A stretch of 63,998 bases of DNA, filler included, from Nemertoderma westbladi (lineage: Eukaryota > Animalia > Xenacoelomorpha), in NCBI GenBank assembly GCA_032718475.1. It is 3 parts of 3 records of this genome, joined end to end, with 100 filler letters (N's around TTAATTAATTAA, not from the genome) between each part and the next. Parts side by side here need not be neighbours in the genome. Positions count along the whole stretch, not along the records: positions 20,348 to 38,569 come from JAUCBJ010003065.1; 2 more parts are not named here. The stretch is one strand, 5' to 3'. Positions within the stretch are counted from its first letter, which is position 1; every line of letters starts with the position of its first letter. Of the stretch, positions 22,513 to 35,059 are shown one piece after another. A program made the translations under genes and the position numbers. Below the pieces are notes generated by a model. It was not told the origin of the DNA, searched no databases, and saw only the letters and a program-made list of their open reading frames with translations.

Positions 22513-25500
22513 GATCGGTCGCTGAACAGTAACCCACAGATGTTGTGTTCTCTTTGATCTGGCATTTCGGAAGATATGTATATGTGTCGGTAGTTTCTTC
22601 TTTGATGCCACAGAGTGTCCATCCCATGATGGTGCGCTCTGCATAGAAACCGTCATCCGGTTTTACAAATAGGGCGATGTCTCCAGTTGGTATATGTAAT
22701 TACGGTGTATCGAGTCCGATTAATAGCGTGATTCTGTTCACGTCCAACGGTGGGCATCGTAGATCAACATCATCCCGATCTAACTGTATGAGGGGTGCGT
22801 ATTCGGATGATTGTCGGAATCGCACTCTGAGATCGGTATGCACCAGAGCATTTTTAATCATTAGTTTGACTGCTTCGTAGCCTTTCATAACTCCTTCCAT
22901 CCTGAGTTGTACCTCCCTGTACTCCACTTCTTTATGGTCGGTTATAGTCTGTATGGGCCGCTTGCAGGGTTCATAGTCTAGGCCTAGTTGTTTGAGGAAA
23001 TCCCTGTCTATGATAGTTCCGTCCGACCCATTGTCCAGGAACGCGAGTGTTGTTAAGGATTTTCCGACCCCTTGGATTCTTACCGGAATCACTTTGGCGA
23101 AGACCATATAACGGCGATTTATTAAATTGACTGTGGCTGATATGCTGGTCATGTGTGATACGTCAGCGGTGGTCTTGAACGGATTGGTTTCTCTCCGCTG
23201 AATCGTCCGGATACCCTTGGAGACGTGATTCATTTCTCTTCTCCGTTTGGATTCGATACGGATCGGTAGGGTGGTGAAATCGAAGTTTGCAGGAATGTGG
23301 AGGAGTGTATGATGACGTAGGTCGTTACAGACTGCGCAGCATGACCTTTGGTCGCAATCCCGCATGTAGTGACCTGTTCCAAGACACCGGAAGCATCCTC
23401 GGTGTTTCATTATTGCCTCGAAGCATGGAACGAGTTTGGCGAACTGAAATTTTCTGCAGAATTCTACCTTGTGTTTCTCCCCGCAGAAGAGACTTAGAAG
23501 GGAGGTTGTGGTGCCTTCCCTCTCGGGTGCCCAATTCGCTAGATAGCACGCCCATTCCTCAGCCGATGTCGGTTCCTCATAGTCCTCGTCATCAGAATCC
23601 TCAGCCATGGTGATGGCATTCGTACTCACCGGAGTAGGGCGGAATCTTGGGTTTGGAGCGGGTGCCCTGCTCTGGTAATTGCTCTTCATCCCATCCAATT
23701 TGGAGAGACTCTGTTTGGAGAACATGAGGTTGTTCATATCCTCTGATATATCTTCTATGAATGCCGACATTTCGAGGAAACTAGGATCCCGATCCGGGTG
23801 TCTGCATCTGAGATCAACACATTTATATGCCCATTTGCTTTGCAACCATCCGGGGAATTTCCGGGCAATCTGTCGGAGGTTTAAGATGTTGTTTACTTGT
23901 TCCTCCTTGTTCAATGGTTTTGAAAGTATAATAAGCGTCTTTCATTCAGTCCGAAAACTCTTGGATATTCTGTGGGTCCCCTAGGGATCCAGCGTCCTGT
24001 ATCAGTTTTTCAAGCGTCTTATTGATTATAGTTCCGATGTTACCATATCTCTTATCTAGAGTTTTCCACGCATCGTGGTACGCTTCATGAGATCCTCCTT
24101 CGAAACATTTAACGATTCGACGTGGTTTGTCACCCAGGTATTGAGATAAATATACCAGTTTTTGCGCGTCGGTTATATCCGTTGATCCGATCTGAGCAAA
24201 GAACCGTTTTTTAAATCCAAGATAATCAACGGGGTCTCCCTCGAAGGTACGGATCTCCATCTTGGGCATAGCTAGGCGGTTCTCTAATGCTCGGATGATG
24301 CCGACGTCGTCTGAACTAGGATGACTAGGAGGGTTATAGTTACTAACGCTTTCTCCCATACATGATGGATCGATAAGAGGTGGAGTTTTAATAATGACGC
24401 GGTTACGGATTTTCAGGGTGGACGTGAATGGATTATTGGATCGAGGGGTGGCGTCCCGTTCCGAGTCCCTTTCAGGCTCGTACTGGGGAACGCTCGGTGC
24501 CATAGGGTTGGAAGGGAAATAGGGTTCCTCGTCTTTAAGCGTAACCGGTGGTGGATGGAATGCCGGTGCTTGTGCCGATAATGTGGACCGTATAATTGGC
24601 GGAAACTCGGGTTTCGGAGGTTTCACAGCCTGTGGCGTAAATTACTTTTCTAATTCCGGGACCGGGATTGGTTCATAGTCCTGTTCTATACCCCTTTCCC
24701 AGTCCTCGTATAGTTGAAGGTCCCGTTCTATGAGTGCAGCTTCGTAGTCTGCGAGTTTAGCAATATCCGCATTCTTTTTGTGAATAAGAATCGCTTGGGC
24801 CTCGGCATTTCGTTTACGCATTTCGGCCTCTTGTTTCCGTATTTCGGCCTGTTGTTCGGCCTCTACTTTACGCATTTCGGCCTCTTGTTTCCGTATCTCG
24901 GCCTGTATTTCAGCCTCCTGTTTATGTCTTTCCTCTGCTAGTATGTCCTGTTCGATCTGTAGTTGAACGTATTCATCCTCCATTCGAGCTTTAAGGGCCA
25001 ATGCCCTCTGTTCGTAGCTGATCTCGGAGTGGCTGAGCCCCTTAGGAGCTGCGCGCTGAACCGGATATCTTGCTCCTGGCGCTGGAGTGCTGGTGCCTCG
25101 AGGACCCCGTTCTCTTTCGCTGAACCACAGTCCTGGTGCCGGAGGTCCGCACTGATTCCGCATCTGCCCTTTCAGTTCTTTCGTAATACTGTTCTTCGTA
25201 TCCTCGGACGAGGCTGTGGGTCCTCCGATATTGCTTGCGAACTCTTCCAGATGTGCAGCGTGTTCCTCCAATCTGGGGTAGTTTTCCAGATCGGTTGCGG
25301 GGATGAGTTCCTGATATGCCTGTATCATCCATTCATATAGTTGTAGGATACTTCGGATTTTTTGTAGTTGAGTCTGTATGTTGCTGAGGGGGGTCTCGAC
25401 TCCCTTTAGTTGTTTCTCGATGCGGTGATATGCTCGAGTCACTCCGCCTTTGAGAGCTCCCAGTCGATGGGCCATGTTCTTTACGTTTGGGACCTCGTCG

Positions 25501-25559
25501 GCTTCCGAGTCTGTGTGGGGCTCCATTTCATCGGTGTCGGAGACGTTATCAGTTATCAT
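22513..25559 (-). pseudogene. BEL/Pao Gag-protease with stops and a frameshift
   Basis: Coiled-coil region, DUF1759-like PKMEIRTFEGDP...QKLVYL, triple Cys/His cluster (CFRCLGTGH...C, CAVC...HHTLLH), protease AFLDNGS, and TIMGW beyond the stop at 22700. Confidence 0.85.
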
Positions 25560-26246
25560 TCTAGCGCCTCGTTTATTGCTAGATATGCGATATCGTAGAA
25601 TAGTTCGTCGTAGGTTTCATATTCAGCCTGAACTACCCAAACGGTAATCCTGAATCGTCCCAAGTTCGTACCCTGTACTTCGACTTCAATGTGCCCGATT
25701 CCTGGCTCAACTTGGATTATATCAATAGGTGTGATTGATACTTCCATTCCCTGTTAACGACTCTCTATTAATGATCTGCCGACTACGAGTTTTAGATTGA
25801 GTTTGTAAGTTGATTAAACCACGGCTTTGTCTTACATCAAATACCAGAGTTTCCTCGTAGTGGGTGCTGGGTAAGCACAGAGAGAGTTTGAAGAATACTG
25901 TAGAATTCCCAACTTCCACCAGTTGAAGTTGGCCGCGTATTATTCTCAATTTTGTTGCCGTTATTCCCGACACCATGGGGAAAACGCCGATGCTGGAGGC
26001 GGAATTTTCAGACCACAGGATGCCGGCCAGTCACCGGATATTGGGAGTGGAGAAGGAGTCCTATCTGTGATGCAAGATTGCAGTCGATAAAAAGTTGCAT
26101 TGGTTGGAAATAATCTTTAATGTAACCTGAACGTTGTGACTGAACCTTGATTGAGAATAATTTGGGCTTCCCCACACCAATATACCAAATATTCACAATA
26201 ATACATGAACATATAAATTCCTACAGTATATTAATTAATTACCCAC

Positions 26247-27348
26247 TGTTCGCTTTAGATTTTAACCTAACTAATGTTCCCCATTTTCCCTCGGTCCTAG
26301 TCCCGGTACCGTAGTGTCGGCGTCGGTCGACCCTGTTGCGTGTCCGTCCCACCCTTCCCGAACCCCGAAGGGATCGGTCATCAGGAAAGTGGTACGGCTT
26401 GGCTAAGGGTCGGTCAAGTCGGTAGACCCGGTTGCGTGTCCGTCCCACCCTTTCCGAACCCCGAAGGGATCGGTCATCAGGAAAGCGGTACGGCTTGGCT
26501 AGGGGACTGTCGGTTCATCGCAGGGTCCCAACCACCTAAGCTTTCCGAATCCTTTTCAGGCTCGTAGTCGCTTCGGTAGCCGAGAAGCTGCTCCGAATAG
26601 TCGGTAGGCCAGTAGAGTCCGGTCCTTTGTCTTTCGACCCCGTTGCGTGTCCATCCCACCCTTCCCGAACCCCGAAGGGATCGGTCATCAGGAAAGCGGT
26701 ATGGCTTGGCAAGGAGTCTGTCAGCCCATTGTGAGTCCCAACTGTCGGTAGCTTTCCGAGTCCCTTTCAGGCTCGTAGTAACGCTGGTCGTGGAACCCAC
26801 TCCAGGAAGGCATTCCTCGTCGAACCCTTCCTCCGTCTAGTCGGTCGATCCGTCGCAAGTCCCCGGTGCAGTCGGCAATCTTTCCGAGTCCCTTTCAGGC
26901 TCGTAATAACTGCCGATGACCAGGGACTGCTAAGGATCTGTTTGTCGGTTCCCGTCGCAAATCCCTGAAGCAATCAGCAGACTTTCCGAGTCCTTTTCAG
27001 GCTCTTAATAACTGCTGTTGGCCAGGAACCGCTAAGGGCAGTCCTTGTCCCTAGGCCTAGCGAGTTACCAAAACTACCTCTACAGGCAGTAGGAAGTTGG
27101 CTAGGCCTAATAGTATCAGGTAAACCTGAGTACTGCTTGATTTTGCCTCCCACCCTTGGCCCTTAAATATCTGATATGAGTCCCGTGCCCCGTAAGTCGC
27201 CCCAATATTCGCCCGTAAATCGCCCCCAGTCCATTGAATATACCCAAATTCCATGTTCCCACATCCAGTAAGGATATTGGAATATTCATTATAAATAAAT
27301 CCGAAAAATATTCAACTCGCGTTATGAAAAGTTGAAATACCGCGAACA
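26247..27348 (-). repeat. Putative BEL 5' LTR (~1.1 kb) with internal hairpin repeats
   Basis: 7-bp terminal inverted repeat TGTTCGC / GCGAACA; TATTTAA near 27165 on the minus strand; no second LTR is available to confirm. Confidence 0.55.
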
Positions 27349-27581
27349 ACCAGCCAGTGCATAATCTTGTGCTTTGGCAGCCTCATGGAGTGAATAAGCA
27401 TGGTGGACAGCCCATAACTTTCTTGAGACGCATCTTAAAGGACACTGGCCTTGAAGATGCGGATGATCTAGCAAATGTCATGGGTGATAGGGAGTTGTGG
27501 AGGCGCAATCTTGTCGACAAGCCGGCACAGCATTCTTAAAAATGCAGCTGCAATGCAGCATGCCGATCCTAGTAGTAGTAG
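27349..27581 (+). mobile_element. 3' end of an RTE LINE
   Basis: PVHNLVLWQP...LKDTGL...MGDRELWR C-terminus, short UTR and (TAG)4 tail. Confidence 0.7.
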
Positions 27582-27861
27582 ACGGCCATAGGAGACGTGC
27601 CAGACAAACTAGTTCCTGTGAGAGACGCCCCAGACAAACTGGTACTGGTGGCGTATTCCCAATCCTTACACCAGTAGGAACACATCATGAATTGGTACTT
27701 GGGATTGGTTAATAAACTATTATTTGATTGAACGTTGAAATCATGTAAGGAATGAATATATGGGTCGAACTAGTGGTGTAAGGGTTTTACACTTAGATGG
27801 CAGGTAGAAAGTGTTCCAAACGCTGTAAGGAGTGGAGAAATTGGGTGAAATTATGTATGGG
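27582..27861 (+). mobile_element. Right end of a piggyBac-like non-autonomous element
   Basis: Two minisatellite units, then ~210 bp that reverse-complement 28811-29018; ends GGG|TTAA. Confidence 0.6.
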
Positions 27862-28177
27862 TTAATATACCAACAGTATTAGAACATTAGAAGATTAGGC
27901 TAGCAGCAGCAGGTGGCATTAGCCTAGTCAGTAGTAGCCTATAATAGAACATTGTTTTTATGGTTTATACAGTGTTGTATGCGTATGGTAAAACCTAAAA
28001 CGATTGGAACATTGACTACTAGGGTCTAGAGATACATTCCTTTTTACACAGAGTTCAAGTGTCAGACTGTAGGTATGCTTAGGAATAGTCAGTCTGCTAT
28101 TCGTGTGCAGCAACTGAACTAACGCACCTTCGAGTAGCTCTTACAAGAAGTAAACTGGCCTGGCCTACTGACCGACC

Positions 28178-28442
28178 GCATATTACCAATTGGGGTGTCG
28201 TTTCACCCTATTTTATCATAATAACTTAATTTCGCGAATGTTTATTTTCGATATTCACCATTTAAGGAACCTCTTAGAGGAGAGTAGCAGGTTATAATGG
28301 AAGACGTTTCTAACCAAAATAATAAGCTAAATTTAGAACATAGTTTACAGTAAAAATTTTATTTCTAGGCACTAATTTTTCATTATTGATTTAACATTAA
28401 CCTTATGAGAAGACTGAAACAACACCCCAATTGGCTTTTTGC
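28178..28442. mobile_element. MITE with 9-bp TSD (Mutator-like)
   Basis: TIR core CCAATTGGGGTGTCGTTTCA / TGAAACAACACCCCAATTGG; TSD TGACCGACC / TAACCGACC. Confidence 0.7.
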
Positions 28443-28810
28443 TAACCGACCTCAAGGTAGTTGATATGTCTCGACGCGCTAAAAAACCCGTAGAAACCTG
28501 TCGATAAACATTGCAAATCCAACAAATGATAAACATCATTTGAAAATTTAAGAGTTTATTTCAGTGGAGCATTTATGTTTACAAATTGTGAAATGATTTT
28601 AAATATGAACTTCAAATGAATAAATTTCATCATGAAATACTATCAATAAAGCTGCTCTATTATTACAATCTTTTCCATCCTAAAATTCAAGGAGAATGCT
28701 CTGTAAAACGATTCCTTATACAACGTTATTTCAGAATATATGTACTGTATATTGTTATTCGTATATATTTTTACTGTTACCTGACAATGAACAGTTTAAT
28801 AGGAAGATAA

Positions 28811-30056
28811 CCCTAACATTATTTCACCCAATTTCCCCACTCCTTACAGCGTTTGGAACACTTTCTACCTGCCAACTGAATATAAAACCCTTACACTATT
28901 TCGACCCCTCTCTCCATTTGTTACATGATTTCAACATCCAATCAAAATATAGCTTATCAACCAATCCCAGGCGTTAATTCAAGAGGTGTTCCTAGTAGTG
29001 AAGGGATTGGGAATACGCGTACCGGTGGGAGATGCCCCAGACACACCGACGCCCATAGGAGATGCCCCAGACAAACTAGTACCCGTAGGAGACGCCCCAG
29101 ACAAACTGGTACCGGTGGGAGTTGCCCCAGACTAACTGACGCCCATAGGAAACTCCCCAGACACACCGACGCCCATAGGAGACGCCTCAGACATAATGAT
29201 ACACATGGGGGACGATCCAGACACACTGATCGACATAGGAGACACTCCAGACCCAACGACGCCCATAGGAGATGCCGCAGACAAACTAGTACCCGGGGGA
29301 GACGCCCCAGACAAACTGGTACCGATGGGAGATGCTCCAGACCCACTGACGCCCATAGGAAACTCCCCAGACACACCGACGCCCATAGGAGACGACACAG
29401 ACATACTGATACCCGTGTGGGACGATGCAAACACACTGATAGACATAGGAGACACCCGACACTCAACGACGCCCATAGGAGATGCCGCAGACAAACTAGT
29501 AACCGTAGGAGACGTCCCAGACAAACTGGTACCGGTTGGAGATGTCCCAGACCCACTGACGCCCATAGGAAACTCCCCAGACACACCGACGCCAATAGGA
29601 GACGACACAGTCATACTGATACCCGTCGGGACGACCCACACACATTGATGGCCATTGGAGACGCCCCAGACAAACTAGTACCCGTGGGAGATGCCCCAGA
29701 CACACCAACGCCCTTAAGAGATGCCCCGTCACACCGACGCCCTCAGAAGATGCTCCAGACACACCGACGCCCAGATGAGACGCCCCAGACAAACTGGTAC
29801 CGGTGGGAGGCGCTCCAGACACACCGACGTCCGTAGCAGACGCTCCAGACATACTGACACCCGTGGGAGATGCCCCAGACACACCAACGCCCATATGAGA
29901 CGCACGCCCCAGTGGAACTGGTACCCAAGGGAGACGCCCCAAACAAACTGGTACCGGTGGAAGACGCCCCAGACACACTGATGTCCCAGACATACTGTCG
30001 CCCATAGGAAACGCCCCAGACCAACCGACGCCCATAGGAGATGCCCCAGACATACC
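28811..30056 (+). mobile_element. Left part of a piggyBac-like element with internal minisatellite
   Basis: ATAA|CCCT start, ~210-bp TIR, then a 30-bp array; right TIR not seen. Confidence 0.55.
29019..30056. repeat. 30-bp minisatellite with 210-bp higher-order period
   Basis: Unit approx. GGAGACGCCCCAGACACACCGACGCCCATA; variant AACTCCCCAG recurs at 29151, 29361 and 29571. Confidence 0.9.
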
Positions 30057-33000
30057 GGGCGTGGGAGATTCATCTCTTCCGACCAAGGTTATGTCGCAAT
30101 CTATCAGAATGTCATCTTCGACCTCCTTGATAGAGACTCTGGCTTAAGGTTGGGGAGCACTCTGTGTTACAGGTGGCGAGGTAGGGATGGCGACGGAAAC
30201 TACTGGTTGCGAGCAAACTGATCACCACGGGTTACAACATCGCCCAATCACTAACGGAGCGTAGGAGGAGCAAGGTCTCCCCGATCTTGCGCACAGGCAG
30301 TGGATGCAGCGGCCGGATCTGTTGCACCTTCAACGGACTGGCATTGGGATATTTGTGGGAAATCAGAGGAACCAGGAGCGATCTTTGGTACTTATTGCTA
30401 TTGGCGCCAAGCAGTCTGATGGTTGTAGGCAATAGTAGTATAGTATGTAAGCAGTGAGCATAAATAGCAGTCAGTAAGCTTTCTATATAGTATACTATAA
30501 ACCAATAGATTGTAAGCCCGACTACACCTCCTTCCTGCATGTGAATGAATGTTGGTTTGAGAAAGTGATTGTGCTCTTGAGTAAGTGATGATGGCCAATA
30601 TAACTGTACCGTTGTGCCACCAGCCTGCTTGTGAAGTGGTCACTCTCTTTGCTTGTAGATGAGAGGTCTTGGGTTTGATTCAGCGCCTCGCCATGTACAA
30701 TTTCGTAACTGGTGCGCCAACCCAGCGACCTGGCTCTGCTGAAAGAATCAAGAAAAAGGGTTGGGTGTTTACGGAGTGTTCACCCTTGGGAGTTAGTGTG
30801 GCGTCCTCCTTGCCTTATACTGCAGGTAACAGCGAAAATAGAGCAGCATTGGGGTTGCCCTGGTGTTTCGTTTTTCACACGTTCACCGATCACTTTACTT
30901 ACCGCCGATGGTATATCATTTTTTCATAACTATTAAACCCCCATCACCTGCACAATTAAATATAATAACGTTGTATAATAAAGGCAATTGCAACTAAATT
31001 ATGAAAGATTCAAAGATTAGAATGAAAAAATGTGTAACTAAATGATCACAATTTTGTAAGAGCATCCACTCACTGGATGCCTCCCCTGATAGTAGCCCCA
31101 TCACAAATTCCAGTCATCGGCAGGACCAACCCTCGCATCGTAAGCACTGCTAGTTAGTCCATAGCAGCGCAAACAGCAGCCTGCAACGGATGCCTCCAAG
31201 CACGACTCCAAAACCTCTCTCACGTATTGCCTCCTCCCGTTTAATCATTGTACCGGTAAGATGAAATCTCGGATCTATCAGCCTCGGAACACCATATTAT
31301 CCCAACGGTAGTTCCTACTAGTAGTGGGGTAAAATGAATCCGCCTTTTCTCAAATCACTACGTATAGCGCGGCGTTAACAGTTAGCCTCTGCTACATGAT
31401 GCACTTGTTTGACCGTTTTGTTGATGAATGAGAGGGAGATCAAGAGTTAACAATAGCAGCATCAAAGCCGCTAGCTACCCTCCGATCCACGCAGGTTGAC
31501 GTAGGCTGTGTGGTCAAAAAGTCACATCCGGAACCTCATCACGCACCCCAGATTTGACAGCGACAGTAAAATCTGGACTACAGCCTTCACACTTGGCGGG
31601 AAAGACATTGAGTAAATAAGTGAATTAATGAATATGTGAGTGGTTCGGTGGGTGGGTGGGTGGGTGAGTGAGTGAGCGAATCAATTTATTAATTTATTAA
31701 ATTTTTTCAAATAAAGTAAATAAGGAATGAATGTGTAAGAAAAATATGGACTGGACCGAAAGTGTTGTCACTATAATGGTGTAACTATGTAATATTGTCT
31801 GTATCCCGTATTCCTCTTGTGAATGTAAATTTTTGTTTTCCATAATTAAATATTGTTCCCTAATAAATGAATGTTATTAGTTAGTAGACTTAAGTTGATT
31901 TCTGTATTGCGAAACGTTAATATAATAATACAATAATGAATATGTCAAGGCTTTTACGGGAGGCGAACCCTACATCGGCCAAAGGGAGTTTGTTTGTAAC
32001 TCTTGTGTTAAACTAGCGTGTCCCTGTACTAACTGCAGAACCCAATAAAGACACGAAGACTGCTCTACTGTTAAACAGGGGTAATCAGGAGCGTGTTATT
32101 ACTAATGTAGGGCTGCTAAATACAAAACCGCTACTCACCGTCGGATGGCGCTAACCTGCCGTCCGCTAATATATTTTACTAAATTTCTACGGCTCCTGCT
32201 AATCGCTTGTTCCTTTCTCTACCGATCGCTCAATAGAAAGCTAACTGTTCGAATATATGAGCCACGCGGGAATAACCAAAACAATAAACACGAATCGGCT
32301 CCCTAAGCTTACTTAAGACGAGTGTGAGAGGCTTTACACTCAGAGTATATTCTTATGGTCTAATCTTACTGCTAAAACGCACTAATAATTAAGTCTTTTC
32401 TAATCGCAAATACTGGGGTTCCCTAACGGAATGTGTGAATGTGAGAATATTTAAATAATCAAAAATATATGGTACAGTATCTTTTTAGGGCTAATACCTA
32501 CTATGGGACTAAATTTGCCTTCGGCTGGCTTTAGGCCAGCAATTTACTAATGCGTGTTGCGTACTGGATACTGCGATCTAACTTATTGCCCGCTAATCTA
32601 AATAACCGCCCAGCGTGAATAGTGTACGGTACTCCAAATTATTACCTTAACTACTCTCCGCTATGCTGCGTACAAATTCTTAATTTTTACTAATTAATTA
32701 CAGTCACAAATATGCAACAGCGTACTAATTACTAAGTGTTCCAGAATGCGTAATTCTAATTTATTACGTAACTGGTTGTACTAGTAACAGTCTAAATACC
32801 GTATTATTTTCGACCTAATCAGTAATTATTTATAGTAAACTAAGAAATAGAAATCAATCAAAAGGAAAAGAGCGCCTACCTAAGCATTCGTGATTTATTA
32901 GGCACACTTTAGCAACATACAAATCAGCGTAACAATCAATAGTTTATACTTACCAATCATAGTTCCTAATGTACAATTCACAATAAGCAGTCAACAATTC

Positions 33001-33074
33001 ACAGTTCGCAATACAGTGCAGTTTGCTATTCGCAACATCCGCAACTCACAATCTACAGTTCGCTACGTAGTTTG

Positions 33075-33150
33075 CGACGCAATGTTTGCAACTCGCAATG
33101 TTCGCAACTCGCAATGTTCACAACTTGCAATGTTCGCAACTCGCAATGTG
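33075..33150. repeat. 16-bp tandem repeat (CGCAATGTTCGCAACT)
   Basis: 4-5 copies visible. Confidence 0.8.
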
Positions 33151-34078
33151 AAGCACGAAGGCCTCTCCCGGGTACATCTAAGGCTTCCTAACTAACCCAA
33201 TTCCTGCCCCCCTAATACTACAAATATAGAGACAAAATCTGGATTATCAGCCCCCTAATTACTGTACCAGCAAGCTGTCTTCACTCCACACTGCTAAATT
33301 TCTGACCGCAACAGTGACCCCCCGCCAGCGTTGCTTGCTTTTGAATCCTCAGCGCTCCCTTCGTCGCCAACCCCCCGATGCGCCCGCCGCACCTACCGGT
33401 ACCTCAGCCCTCCATCTAATGAGTAGCTACCGTAACGGCGCATGCAAATCACAAAGTCTGACAGTCTGAGAAAATCCCGTGGGATTATTGCATCGAAAGA
33501 ATCACATAGAACCATTAACTAAGGGGTAGAAATCATAGTTCCAGTTGTAATTGACAGTAATCATTGGGATTGATTGAGAAACACAAGCAAGAATAATCAA
33601 ATTAGCGAATCATTGCAAGAAATAATTGCAAAAGGCAGAAATACGCAAAATACAGAATTACAGCAAGAATTAAAGAAAATACAGGATTAATTACAATCAA
33701 AATTAGAGCAAATCAAATTACACAGCACATACCGGAAACACCGCCAATTCATAGGTGATTCATGGAGGATGATGCAATCGCTCTCTCATTGGCTCCCCAA
33801 TCCGCGCTACCATTAGACCAACCTGGAAGCAGTTAGGCCAATAACGAAGCCGGATTGTGAACCTCTCGCTCCTTGAAATCACAAATCGCTACCATATATG
33901 GTAATTTTGGCGATGCTTAATTTAGCGGTACTAATAATATGATGCACAAAGATTAATTTAGCGCAATTATAAAGAAAATTAAGACCAATGTATAGCTAGC
34001 CCTATCAAGGCTAATAACAGCGAGCTTATATCCAGGGTCCAACAGGAAACTTGCTACCCTGGAACTATTTACTTATAT

Positions 34079-34145
34079 CAGTGCCGGATTAACCTTAAGG
34101 CATATAAGGCACGTGCCTTAGGGCCAGCCGAAAGTACGGGCCATT
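34079..34145 (+). mobile_element. hAT-like left terminus only
   Basis: CAGTGCCGGATTAA start and palindromic TAAGGCACGTGCCTTA; no matching right end found. Confidence 0.35.
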
Positions 34146-35059
34146 TTTTCTCAGCGAGTCATTCCTGTGAAAAAAAAAATATTTTTATCTGAAAAGTCCA
34201 CATTTTTTCTCACTATTTGTAGAATACAGAACAAGAAAGTGCATCTTTGGACTACTATCTATCCTTAAATTTGTGATAGAAAGTGCAAAATTCTATCTCA
34301 ATCATCCAACAGGTGCTGTGTTATTAGTTCGGGACCTGATGGCAGGGAAATAATAAAACATGGGCAGTAAAACATTAAAGTGGTAATTATGAACAATGGA
34401 GAATTTAATTTTATTTATTTGTGGTTATGCTCTTAAACTTTATAGAACAACCAAATAATGACGTGGTGACATAATGGAAATACGGCACATAGTATATGTA
34501 TGGCGTGGAGATATGGTAGTGCGAAATTAATTTTTTGTTACCGGAAACTAGGTGGGATAAATATTTCTCCATTTGCCGCAACACTGTTAGCTTATCCAAT
34601 TCCGCTAACACAAACCCATAGAGTGAGCCATTAAGCAATATTGGGGGCCACGAGGTTGGTTACCCAATCTCGCGTCACCCCAATAAAGTGGGAAGGAGAA
34701 ACACACAATAGGGGTCAGGGGCCAAACCCCTAACCGAGAGAGAACACAAGGAGTGAAGGGAAACACTCCAAAGGGTGCCAACAGGGATATTAGCCAATCA
34801 GGGGGGGAGCATCGACTAGGTACTGTAACAAGGCCAAACCGTGCAATATATATTACCAGTCGATGCAATCAGTTATTCAGTTTACTCAGTCAGCTCAGTA
34901 GGGTGGAACGGTGACTTCTATCACCGTCCGCTACCGCCATCACGTGTAATACTTCTGTACTTATCTACCGGTAACCAGTTATCCATGTCTGCTATATCAA
35001 CTATATTATACCTTTCTACATATTACCGAACATCAGAACTCTAAACGAACCTTTTCATA

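Larger units (their letters stand above)
22513..27348 (-). mobile_element. BEL/Pao LTR retrotransposon, 5' half, degenerate
   Basis: Gag-PR remnants plus a putative LTR; interrupted at 22512 by the Copia element. Confidence 0.8.

Noticed and set aside
26344-26704. Hammerhead ribozyme (CUGAUGA-stem-GAA on the minus strand)
   Set aside because: No stem III or NUH cleavage site can be formed; the flanks pair directly with each other. Kept as a hairpin/kink-turn finding.
28925-30086. His/Arg-rich and other repetitive ORFs
   Set aside because: Translations of a 30-bp minisatellite that is open in many frames on both strands.
30230-30930. Possible Gypsy RNase H/integrase relic on the minus strand
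   Set aside because: Only faint motif echoes (PLHPLP, WHNGTVIL); too degraded to support without a profile search.
33350-33370. TGGCGACGA PBS-like word on the minus strand
   Set aside because: Not preceded by an LTR ending in CA, and no associated gag.
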